The notes under the pieces: generated by a model
What the model saw: only the letters and a program-made list of their open reading frames with translations
Told to the model about the DNA's origin: nothing
Database searches by the model: none
Assembly (NCBI GenBank): GCA_902514805.1
Contig: CABXSF010000001.1
Span: forward strand, 14,757-78,756
Length of the DNA: 64,000 nt
Direction: 5' to 3'
From: an uncultured Pelagibacteraceae bacterium
Lineage (GTDB): Bacteria > Pseudomonadota > Alphaproteobacteria > Pelagibacterales > Pelagibacteraceae
Program-made: the position numbers and the translations under genes
Part shown: positions 32,527-40,554 of the stretch, piece after piece
Numbering within the stretch: the first letter of the stretch is position 1
Layout: every line of letters begins with the position of its first letter

Positions 32527-33099
32527 TTATTTTTTCCTTAGTAACGACTTACCTCTCTTTTTTCCTTCAGTTTCTTTATACTTTTTGAAGTCGTCTTTTT
32601 CAAATAATGCTGCTTTTTTTAAAATAGCTAGTTTTAATTCACCTTCAAGCTTTGATTTTATTTTTTTGGTCTTACAATTATTTTGTATGCAAGATTTCTC
32701 GAAAACTAATACTTGTATAGCATCAGCTCTAATTTCATTTGACATAAATCTTATCGTTAATTTTAATTCCCTGTTAGTGTTTTCAGTTTTATTTTCTGCA
32801 GAAAACCATTCGGTAATTATTATTCCACCTGAGTAACTCGCATTAGTTAATGGTACAAAATCTAAAACATCTACAGCGCTTCTCCATAGCGGATTTGACG
32901 ATGCAAAATCAAAATCCCCACCTCGTGTTGCTCCTTTACCAAATCTAAAACCTCTACCTTCTTGTAAATTTTTCTGAACTCTTTCATCAACATTTACAGG
33001 ATTATCCTTAATGTCAGATCTTTTATACCAACCACACGAATTAAGAAAAAATAACGTTAGAATTGTCAGAGCAATATATTTGACTAGAATTGATTTCAT
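32527..33099 (-). CDS. DUF3576-family lipoprotein
   Basis: Lipobox-like FLNSC, N.LWR.A..L.F.PL, GG.I.T.W; position upstream of leuS as in other alphaproteobacteria. Confidence 0.78.
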   Translation of the reverse strand: MKSILVKYIALTILTLFFLNSCGWYKRSDIKDNPVNVDERVQKNLQEGRGFRFGKGATRGGDFDFASSNPLWRSAVDVLDFVPLTNASYSGGIIITEWFSAENKTENTNRELKLTIRFMSNEIRADAIQVLVFEKSCIQNNCKTKKIKSKLEGELKLAILKKAALFEKDDFKKYKETEGKKRGKSLLRKK

Positions 33100-33283
33100 G
33101 AAAGTTATAAATACCAGAAAATATTGATTATCTCAGAAATAATTAAAATGGAGCTAAATTAAGTGACAAAAATATCACATATTGCAAAAAAATTGATGTT
33201 TTAGGGCAAAATTTCACTGTTTACAGAGGTTTCTGTTAAAAAACCAATGTTCATATGAATACAAATATAAAAAGGAGTACTTT

Positions 33284-34369
33284 ATGAATAATATCAAAAA
33301 AATAGGACTTACAGCATTAGCAGGTTCGTTAGTGTCTTTAGGTTCTGCATCTGCAGGCGAAATGTCTGTATCTGGTGCGATTAATACCACTCTTGTTTTT
33401 GGTGAACAAGGAATAGGAAATACTAGTGGTAGAACAATTGGTACTGACAGAGACGTAACTTTCTCAGGTGGTGGCGAATTAGATAACGGAACAACGTTTT
33501 CTATGAGCACGACACTTACAGATGCTTACGCTGTATCAGGATCAACAACAACAATCACAACACCATCAATGGGTTCATTTACTTTAGGAGCAAGTAATGG
33601 TTCTGCATCATATGCGTATGATGAAGAAGTTCCAGTAGCTTACGAGCAAGTATCTGACGTGATTACTACTACTGCTAACGTAATCGGTAACTTTATGGAT
33701 AACAACCATGTTATGTACACATCTCCAGCAATGGAATTAATGGGTGCAGGCATTACAGCACATCTTGGTTACTCTCCACAAGCATCTGACGGTGGTGCTG
33801 GAGACGGTAGTCAAGCATCATACAGCCCAACTTGGGGTTCAGGTGTTGAAGCTGGTTTAACAGTTACTTATGAAGGTTTAAAAGTAGGTGTTTACGGTGC
33901 TGAAAGAGAAGCAACTACTCCAAATGCATCAACTGGTCAACAAATTGGTGACGAGTTCAACGGTGCATGGTATGCTAAGTACACAATGGGTCCAGTATCT
34001 ATTGGTTACTCAGAAACATACTTGGACGGTGGTATAACAGCTAACTTAGAGAACGCAACTGCTTCTGTAGCAGAAAGAGCAGGTGGTGGTATCTTTACAG
34101 GTGAGCAAATGTCAATTGCATTCAACGTAAATGACAATATGTCAATCTCGTACACAACATCAGACGAAACTTACGATACTCAGGACGATGCTTTAACAGC
34201 AACGACTAATGATGATGACGTAACAGAAACGATTGATGCTATACAGGTAGCTTATTCAATGGGTGGTATGTCAATTAAAGCATACAACATGGAAGTAAGT
34301 AATCCAAATCACGACGATAACGCACCTGACCAAAGTATAACTGAAATTGCATTAGGATTCGCATTCTAA
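33284..34369 (+). CDS. Major outer-membrane porin
   Basis: Signal peptide KKIGLTALAGSL...ASA, F.G.GELDNG motif, alternating beta-strand pattern, C-terminal GFAF; strong SD AAGGAG; codon usage typical of high expression (AAC, TAC, TTC, GAC frequent). Confidence 0.9.
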   Translation: MNNIKKIGLTALAGSLVSLGSASAGEMSVSGAINTTLVFGEQGIGNTSGRTIGTDRDVTFSGGGELDNGTTFSMSTTLTDAYAVSGSTTTITTPSMGSFTLGASNGSASYAYDEEVPVAYEQVSDVITTTANVIGNFMDNNHVMYTSPAMELMGAGITAHLGYSPQASDGGAGDGSQASYSPTWGSGVEAGLTVTYEGLKVGVYGAEREATTPNASTGQQIGDEFNGAWYAKYTMGPVSIGYSETYLDGGITANLENATASVAERAGGGIFTGEQMSIAFNVNDNMSISYTTSDETYDTQDDALTATTNDDDVTETIDAIQVAYSMGGMSIKAYNMEVSNPNHDDNAPDQSITEIALGFAF

Positions 34370-34387
34370 TTTAATTTAGTTTTAAAA

Positions 34388-34942
34388 TTAAAACGGCCCA
34401 GTATTTATACTTGGGCCGTTTTTTTTTATCCAAGATATTGAAGCTACACCATATGGTAAACAAAGTTTTGATCTTTTAAGAGTTCTGAAGTTAATTCCAC
34501 CAAGTAAAACAATTTTATTTTCAGTCAGGTTCTTTAATAAATTACTCTTTATAATATCAAGAAACTTTTTTTTTTTATTATTTTCAAAAATCGGACTTAA
34601 AAAAATTATTGAGCAACCCTGTTTTTCCTTAATTTTGAGCTCAATCACATTGTGAGCGGAGCCTATTATTTCAAGTTTGTTTTTTATTATATTATGAAAA
34701 TTTAATTTTCTATCAAAAGAGGGGATATATAAACCATCGAAATTAAACTTAATCGCATCTTTCAAATTATTAGAAATATAAACTTTTCTTCTATTATTTT
34801 TGCAATACATAACCAATTTTTTCAGTTCCACAGGGTTATTTTTTTTATTATAATTTCTAAATATTAGTGAAATTTTAGTAGATAATTTTTCAATTTCATT
34901 TTTGCTAAATTCATCTATAAAATAATAATACTTAATATTCAT
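34388..34942 (-). CDS. Thiamine-phosphate synthase (ThiE/TenI)-like protein
   Basis: GSAHN..E, FLSPIF, LGGI TIM-barrel motifs; degenerate, so activity is uncertain. Confidence 0.75.
   Translation of the reverse strand: MNIKYYYFIDEFSKNEIEKLSTKISLIFRNYNKKNNPVELKKLVMYCKNNRRKVYISNNLKDAIKFNFDGLYIPSFDRKLNFHNIIKNKLEIIGSAHNVIELKIKEKQGCSIIFLSPIFENNKKKKFLDIIKSNLLKNLTENKIVLLGGINFRTLKRSKLCLPYGVASISWIKKNGPSINTGPF
34390..34427 (+). terminator. Intrinsic terminator of the porin gene, probably bidirectional
   Basis: AAAACGGCCCA-GTAT-TT-ATAC-T-TGGGCCGTTTT followed by a T run; embedded in the 3' end of the convergent thiE-like CDS. Confidence 0.9.
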
Positions 34943-35584
34943 ATGTTAAATGTAGTAAAAAATTTTGATTTAGTAAAAGAGGAAATTAGCATGTATAAAA
35001 ATGTTAATATTGTCGCCGTATCAAAAACATTCCCAGTCAATCATATATTGCCTTTAATAAATCATGGTCATCAGCACTTTGGAGAAAATAAGGTTCAAGA
35101 AGCTCAAGAAAAATGGACTTCATTAAAAAATGACTTTCCCAATTTAAAATTACATTTAATAGGTAAATTACAAACAAACAAAGTAAAGTTTGCCCTCCCC
35201 TTATTTGACTATATTCATTCATTAGATAGCATTAAACTTGCAGAAAAAATATCATTGGAGCAAGAAAAAAAAAATTTTAAACCAAAAATTTTCATACAAA
35301 TTAATTTAGGTAAAGAAACGCAAAAATCAGGTATTGACGAAGACCAATTAAAAAATTTTTATAAAAAATGTATAAATGAATTGAAACTAAATATTATTGG
35401 CATTATGTGCTTGCCCCCATTTGACCAAGAACCAATACCTTTCTTTAAGAAGATGCAAAACCTCTCAGAAACTTTAAACATAAAAGAAATAAGTATGGGT
35501 ATGTCAAACGATTATCTGAAAGCATTAAAATATAAAGCAACATTTATAAGAGTAGGTTCAAAAATTTTTGGCAGCAGAAATTAA
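34943..35584 (+). CDS. yggS: YggS family PLP homeostasis protein
   Basis: VAVSKT, FGENKVQE, HLIG.LQTNK, HSLD, QKSG, SMGMS.DY, RVGS.IFG.R. Confidence 0.95.
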   Translation: MLNVVKNFDLVKEEISMYKNVNIVAVSKTFPVNHILPLINHGHQHFGENKVQEAQEKWTSLKNDFPNLKLHLIGKLQTNKVKFALPLFDYIHSLDSIKLAEKISLEQEKKNFKPKIFIQINLGKETQKSGIDEDQLKNFYKKCINELKLNIIGIMCLPPFDQEPIPFFKKMQNLSETLNIKEISMGMSNDYLKALKYKATFIRVGSKIFGSRN

Positions 35585-36072
35585 TAAATTTTTATTTTTG
35601 ATTTTTTTTTAATTATTCTTAATAATATTTGAAGATCATTTAGTCTTAATGCTATACATCCTTTTGTAGGTTTATAATTATTTGTTAAATGAATAAAAAT
35701 TGCACTACCCTTATATTTGACAATTTTTTTTGTATTATAGTTAATTACTAAAATGATATCGTAAATCTTGTTTCTTCTATAAAATTTTTCTCCTTTATTT
35801 TTTTTACCTATTTCAATTTTTTTATTATAATTATTATTTGTTGGATCATCACACCATCCCATTCGTTTATGAATTTTAATTGTTTTCAATTTTGTGTAAG
35901 GTTTAGCTACTCTATCACTTCGGTAATAAACTGGTCCTAATGAAAATGTGCCTATTGGAGTACACTTATCTCCTTCATATTTATTTTTTTTTAAACCATT
36001 TTTGCCTATTGAGCATTTAAATTCAAAACCACCACAAATTAAGGTGTCTTTATTTTTTAACTTAATTATCAT
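35581..36072 (-). CDS. L,D-transpeptidase (YkuD-like) family protein
   Basis: K.EGD..TP.G, WCDDP, GSAIFIH...PT.GC.A catalytic His/Cys. Confidence 0.88.
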   Translation of the reverse strand: MIIKLKNKDTLICGGFEFKCSIGKNGLKKNKYEGDKCTPIGTFSLGPVYYRSDRVAKPYTKLKTIKIHKRMGWCDDPTNNNYNKKIEIGKKNKGEKFYRRNKIYDIILVINYNTKKIVKYKGSAIFIHLTNNYKPTKGCIALRLNDLQILLRIIKKKSKIKIY

Positions 36073-36086
36073 AAGTTGCTAATTAT

Positions 36087-36677
36087 ATGTTAAATCAAAA
36101 ATTATACATAATCAATTTATCAAACTTTTACGATATCATTAGCGAACTTAAAGAACATATTGATTACGAATTACTAAAATTTGAGAATAAAGAAATTTTT
36201 TTTGATAAATTTAAAACTAAAAGTATTTCCATAGAGAATTCTATTTTAGTTGTCCCTGAAAGTGAATACAATTTATTTGTTAAAAATATCAACGAGGATC
36301 AAATTATTAAATACAAACCACCTATTAATATTTTTAAGTTTATAGAAAATTTAAATGTGAAATTTATTCAAAAAAAATATCAAGATCAATCAAATATAAA
36401 TGTAAAAGATTTCTTTCTGGATACAAATTCAAGAGAATTGAAAAAAGACAAAATAGTTTTGAAATTAACTGAACGAGAAACTGATATGATATTATTTTTA
36501 AATAAATCCAAAAAACCAGTAAACGTTACTACTCTCGAGAAAGAAATTTGGCAACATTCCTCTGAGTTAGAAACTCATACAGTCGAAACTCATATTTATA
36601 GACTTAGAAAAAAAATAAAAGCTGAATTTGGAAACGATGACTTAATTAAAAGCAATAAAGATGGATACATTATTTGA
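36087..36677 (+). CDS. OmpR-type winged-helix regulator with degenerate receiver (CenR/OtpR-like)
   Basis: LTERE, W...THTVETHIYRLRKKI, GY; the N-terminus lacks the receiver acidic pocket. Confidence 0.8.
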   Translation: MLNQKLYIINLSNFYDIISELKEHIDYELLKFENKEIFFDKFKTKSISIENSILVVPESEYNLFVKNINEDQIIKYKPPINIFKFIENLNVKFIQKKYQDQSNINVKDFFLDTNSRELKKDKIVLKLTERETDMILFLNKSKKPVNVTTLEKEIWQHSSELETHTVETHIYRLRKKIKAEFGNDDLIKSNKDGYII

Positions 36678-36784
36678 TGAAAAAGAAAAACTTAATAGTC
36701 CAAGATTTGTTTTCAAAAAAGTTTAAGCCAAGAATTGTTAAACCCAAAAAAGGAAAAGGAAGTTTTAAAAGAAAGAAGAAGTAA
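36677..36784 (+). CDS. arfA: Minimal ArfA-like alternative ribosome-rescue factor (35 aa)
   Basis: Below the ORF-track cutoff. MKKKNLIVQDLFSKKFKPRIVKPKKGKGSFKRKKK*; KKGKGS(F/Y)xRK motif. The ATG overlaps the upstream TGA, and the ORF fills the gap exactly. Confidence 0.8.
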   Translation: MKKKNLIVQDLFSKKFKPRIVKPKKGKGSFKRKKK

Positions 36785-37714
36785 TTAAATGCGCGCACCT
36801 ATTTGTTGAATTACTTTTGAAGACATTTCTGTACCTTTCTCTAAACACTCTTTTTGAGACATTTTGTTAACGTGTCCATGTAAATAACCTGCAGCAAACA
36901 AATCTCCGGCACCTGTTAGATCAACTATTTTTAGATTTTTTTTAATCCCACATTCTGTCATTTCATCTCCGTTAATAGATACAGCACCTTTTTCACCTCT
37001 TGTTATCACTAATAACTTTTTTAATTCTTTAGCAAAATTAATTACATCCTCAAAACTTTTCGCATCAATTAAAGACATAATTTCTTGTTCGTTAGCAAAA
37101 GTTATATCTAGTTTATTTTTAACTAATTCTAAAAAATGAGATTTGTGTCTATCTACGCAAAATTGATCTGATAATGACATAGCAACTTTATTTGCATTAT
37201 TTATTGCTTTATCAAATGCTTTTTTTGGGTCACCCTCATCCCAAAGATATCCCTCTAGAAAAATAATTTCACTTTTTTTGATTGCATTTGTATCAACATC
37301 GTTCTCGTTAATCTTTCCTGCTGTACCAAGAAACGTACACATGGTTCTTTCAGAGTCTGGAGTGACCAATATTAAACATGTGCCAGTTGGCAATGCTTCT
37401 TTCTTTTTAGAATAAAAATATTTTACATTTTCTGTCTTAAGACCATCCTCATATTTTCCGCCAAGATCATCATCATTTACTTTACCAATAAATCCAACAT
37501 TATTTCCTAACTGTGATAATCCAACAATTGAATTAGCAACTGATCCACCAGAAACAGTTTTTTCAATTTTTAAGTTTAAAAGTAATTGTTTAAACTCTTT
37601 TTCATCAAAAATTAATTTCATTGTACTTTTTGTAAGGTTATTTTTTTTGATAAATCCATCATCAACTTTACAAATAACGTCGACAATTGCGTTTCCAATT
37701 CCTAAGATTTTCAT
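36785..37714 (-). CDS. PfkB-family carbohydrate/adenosine kinase
   Basis: GIGNAIVD, SGGS.AN, ERTM.T.LG, EGYLWD, FANEQE, DLTGAGDLFAAG. Start moved from the track TTG (37747) to the ATG at 37714. Confidence 0.92.
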   Translation of the reverse strand: MKILGIGNAIVDVICKVDDGFIKKNNLTKSTMKLIFDEKEFKQLLLNLKIEKTVSGGSVANSIVGLSQLGNNVGFIGKVNDDDLGGKYEDGLKTENVKYFYSKKKEALPTGTCLILVTPDSERTMCTFLGTAGKINENDVDTNAIKKSEIIFLEGYLWDEGDPKKAFDKAINNANKVAMSLSDQFCVDRHKSHFLELVKNKLDITFANEQEIMSLIDAKSFEDVINFAKELKKLLVITRGEKGAVSINGDEMTECGIKKNLKIVDLTGAGDLFAAGYLHGHVNKMSQKECLEKGTEMSSKVIQQIGARI

Positions 37715-37761
37715 GATGAAAATGACCCAATTACAATAATTTGCCAAAAACCTATACTCAT
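37711..37761 (-). other. 16-codon micro-ORF MSIGFWQIIVIGSFSS (TatA-like N-terminus; remnant or leader peptide)
   Basis: AGGAG (37772-37768) 6 nt before the ATG; its TGA overlaps the kinase ATG (ATGA). Confidence 0.45.
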
Positions 37762-37791
37762 TTAATACTCCTAAAAATAATTTTTTTCATA

Positions 37792-38460
37792 TTAAGCTTT
37801 CTTTGTTTTGACTGGTTTTTTTCTACTAGGATAACAAGATGTGCAAATTTTACAAGTTATTCCATAGCAATCCCGAGCTTTGCAAAACTCCCTTCCATAA
37901 TAGATTATTTGTAAGTGCAGTTTATTCCAATATTTTTTCGGAAATAATCTTTTTAGATCCTCCTCTGTTTGCACTACATTTTTACCATTGGTAAGCCCCC
38001 ACCTTTGCGCCAATCTGTGTATATGTGTATCTATAGGGAAAGCAGGATGACCAAAACCTTGGGACATAACTACACTTGCAGTTTTATGTCCAACACCGGG
38101 AAGTTCTTCTAGCTCCTGAAAAGTTTTTGGGACCTTACCGTTGTATTTTTCCATTAATATTTTTGAGAGATTAAAAATGCTTTTTGCTTTGATCCTAAAA
38201 ATACCTATTCTTTTAATTAACTTTTCTATTTTTTTTCTACCGAGTTTTACAAAGTGTTTAGGTTTATGATATTTTGGGTAAATATCTTTTGTGACATTAT
38301 TCACATTAACATCCGTGCACTGAGCAGAAAGCAAAACTGAAATTAAAAGGGTAAATACATTTCTGCTATGTAAAGGCACAGAAATTTTTGGATAAGTTTT
38401 ATTTAAAATTTTAAGAACTATTTTAGCTCTTTTTTTCCTTTCAGCCTCTTTGAGCCTCAT
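37792..38460 (-). CDS. nth: Endonuclease III
   Basis: LLSAQCTD..VN, HhH LPGVG.KTA, DTHI.R, Cys cluster C..R.C....C..C. Confidence 0.96.
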   Translation of the reverse strand: MRLKEAERKKRAKIVLKILNKTYPKISVPLHSRNVFTLLISVLLSAQCTDVNVNNVTKDIYPKYHKPKHFVKLGRKKIEKLIKRIGIFRIKAKSIFNLSKILMEKYNGKVPKTFQELEELPGVGHKTASVVMSQGFGHPAFPIDTHIHRLAQRWGLTNGKNVVQTEEDLKRLFPKKYWNKLHLQIIYYGREFCKARDCYGITCKICTSCYPSRKKPVKTKKA

Positions 38461-39233
38461 TTAAAATTTAAAACATTTCTCATTGAGTAAAGCCCAGGTT
38501 TTTTAGACATGAGCCATTTAGCAGCTGCTAGAGCTCCTTCAGAATATAAAGCTCTATCAAATGCCTCGTGATTGAGAGTTATAATCTCTTTACCACTTGA
38601 AAATTTTACCTCGTGTTCTCCCACAGTCTCACCTTTTCTTATTGAATTAAAATTAATTTTTTTCCCATAAGGAAATTTTTTTTTATTGAAATATTTATTA
38701 CCAATCATTTTATAAAAATCTTTTTTTTTGCCGACTGCTATACCTTTACCGAGCATTAAAGCAGTACCTGATGGATGATCTTTTTTATGTTTATGGTGTA
38801 CTTCATAAACTTTACTTAAGAAATTATTCCCCAATGAATTTGAAGTGATTTCTGTAAGATACATTAAAAGATTAATTCCCAAGCTCATATTTCCTGCTTT
38901 TAAAATTGGAACTTTTCTTGAGTATTTTTTTATTAATTCCTCCTCTTTTTTAGTAAATCCAGTGGTACCTATCACTACTTTTTTTTTTAGTTTTGCTGCT
39001 ATTTTTAAGACCTGAAAAGTACATTTTGGTATCGTGAAATCGATAATGATATTTGCTTTTCTAAAAGCACTTTCATCATTTAATTCAGGTTTGATTCCAG
39101 ATATTTTTCTATTAACTTTTCTATTCTCTGTGAGAGTAACAAGTTTGAATTTTCTGTCTAATATTGAAGATTTGATAATTTGTTGACCCATTCGGCCTAG
39201 ACAACCAGTTACAGCTAATTTAATTTTATTCAT
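38457..39233 (-). CDS. dapB: 4-hydroxy-tetrahydrodipicolinate reductase
   Basis: G..GRMG, IDFT, GTTG, NMS.G, E.HH..K.D.PSGTA, GEH. Start moved to the ATG at 39233 (MNKIKLAV). Confidence 0.95.
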   Translation of the reverse strand: MNKIKLAVTGCLGRMGQQIIKSSILDRKFKLVTLTENRKVNRKISGIKPELNDESAFRKANIIIDFTIPKCTFQVLKIAAKLKKKVVIGTTGFTKKEEELIKKYSRKVPILKAGNMSLGINLLMYLTEITSNSLGNNFLSKVYEVHHKHKKDHPSGTALMLGKGIAVGKKKDFYKMIGNKYFNKKKFPYGKKINFNSIRKGETVGEHEVKFSSGKEIITLNHEAFDRALYSEGALAAAKWLMSKKPGLYSMRNVLNFK

Positions 39234-39400
39234 GTGAAAATTAAATACGAAAGTATCACAACAACTAAAACAATAATACCCCAAATAGACAAGTTTTTAA
39301 AAAGTTGTTTTTTTTCAGAATTATTTCTTAAGAAATTTGGTAATACTAAAATTAAAACTGCAATTAAAGCTATAGCTGGTACTATTTGTTCAAGACCCAT
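39230..39400 (-). CDS. Small two-TM membrane protein (56 aa), function unknown
   Basis: Manual translation MGLEQIVPAIALIAVLILVLPNFLRNNSEKKQLFKNLSIWGIIVLVVVILSYLIFT*; starts 3 nt after the dnaJ stop and its TGA overlaps the dapB ATG. Confidence 0.8.
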   Translation of the reverse strand: MGLEQIVPAIALIAVLILVLPNFLRNNSEKKQLFKNLSIWGIIVLVVVILSYLIFT

Positions 39401-39403
39401 TTT

Positions 39404-40528
39404 TTATTTTTTCCAAAAATTCTTAGCTTTTTCGAAGAATTTTTTAATACTAGGGTTCGATTTTTCATTTTCGATTTGTCTAAATTTTTCAAGTAATTCT
39501 TTTTGTTCCTTATTAAGAGAGATTGGCACCTCAGTATTTAATTGAACATAAAGGTCTCCATATCCGCTGCCTCTTATATAAGGCATTCCTTTGCCCTTAA
39601 GTCTTAGTTGTTTTCCACTTTGTGTTCCTGCTGGTATTTTTATTTTTGCTTTTCCACCATCAATAGTAGGAATTTCAATTGTTGTGCCTAAAGCAGCATC
39701 AGCAATCGATATAGGACATTCAAAATAAAGATTTTCATCAGATCTTTTAAATAAATCGTGCGAATAAACGTTTATGAAAAGATAAAGATCTCCACTGCCT
39801 GCACCTCTAGAACCAGCCTCTCCTTTTCCAGCAAGTCTTATTCTTGTGCCGTCATCAACACCTTTTGGAATTGTGACTGACAATCTTTTTGATGCTTGTT
39901 TCTTCCCTTGACCACCACAACTAGTGCAGGGATGAGTTATTTGTTCTCCTGATCCACCACATTGAGGACAAGTCTGCTGCACTGTAAAAAATCCTTGACT
40001 TGATCTTACTTGTCCATGTCCACCACACATAGAACATGTGCTTGGGTTATGACCTGGTTTAGAGCCAGTTCCTTTACAAATGTCACATTTTTCAGAAGTT
40101 GAAAACTTTATATCTTGTTTCTTTCCAGAGAAAGCTTCATTCAATGAGATTGATAAATCATACCTTAAATCCGAACCTCTATTATTTGACTTCCTAGATC
40201 TTCTCCCTCCTCCAAAACCTTCTCCAAAGAAGTCTTCAAAAATATCAGAAAAGCTACTCGAAAAATCAAAGTTACCGAAACCTCCTCTTCCTCCACCACC
40301 ATTTTCAAAAGCCGCATGTCCAAAATTATCATAATTTTGTTTTCTCTCAGCATTTGAAAGCACGTGATATGCTTCTGAGGCCTCTTTAAATTTTTCTTCA
40401 GAAGTTTTGTCTCCCTTATTTTTGTCAGGGTGATGTTTTACTGCAAGTTTCCTGTAAGCAGTTTTAATTTGTTCGGGTGAGGCTGATTTATTAATACCCA
40501 AGACGTCGTAATAATCTCTTTTTGTCAT
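39404..40528 (-). CDS. dnaJ: Chaperone DnaJ
   Basis: HPD motif, G/F region, four CxxCxGxG repeats. Confidence 0.98.
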   Translation of the reverse strand: MTKRDYYDVLGINKSASPEQIKTAYRKLAVKHHPDKNKGDKTSEEKFKEASEAYHVLSNAERKQNYDNFGHAAFENGGGGRGGFGNFDFSSSFSDIFEDFFGEGFGGGRRSRKSNNRGSDLRYDLSISLNEAFSGKKQDIKFSTSEKCDICKGTGSKPGHNPSTCSMCGGHGQVRSSQGFFTVQQTCPQCGGSGEQITHPCTSCGGQGKKQASKRLSVTIPKGVDDGTRIRLAGKGEAGSRGAGSGDLYLFINVYSHDLFKRSDENLYFECPISIADAALGTTIEIPTIDGGKAKIKIPAGTQSGKQLRLKGKGMPYIRGSGYGDLYVQLNTEVPISLNKEQKELLEKFRQIENEKSNPSIKKFFEKAKNFWKK

Positions 40529-40554
40529 AATAAATAAGACAAATAGTTGATATC

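Noticed and set aside
39234-39284. Cys-rich N-terminal extension of DapB given in the ORF track (similarly 37715-37747 for the kinase)
   Set aside because: Artefact of choosing an upstream TTG; the region belongs to an upstream small ORF in another frame.
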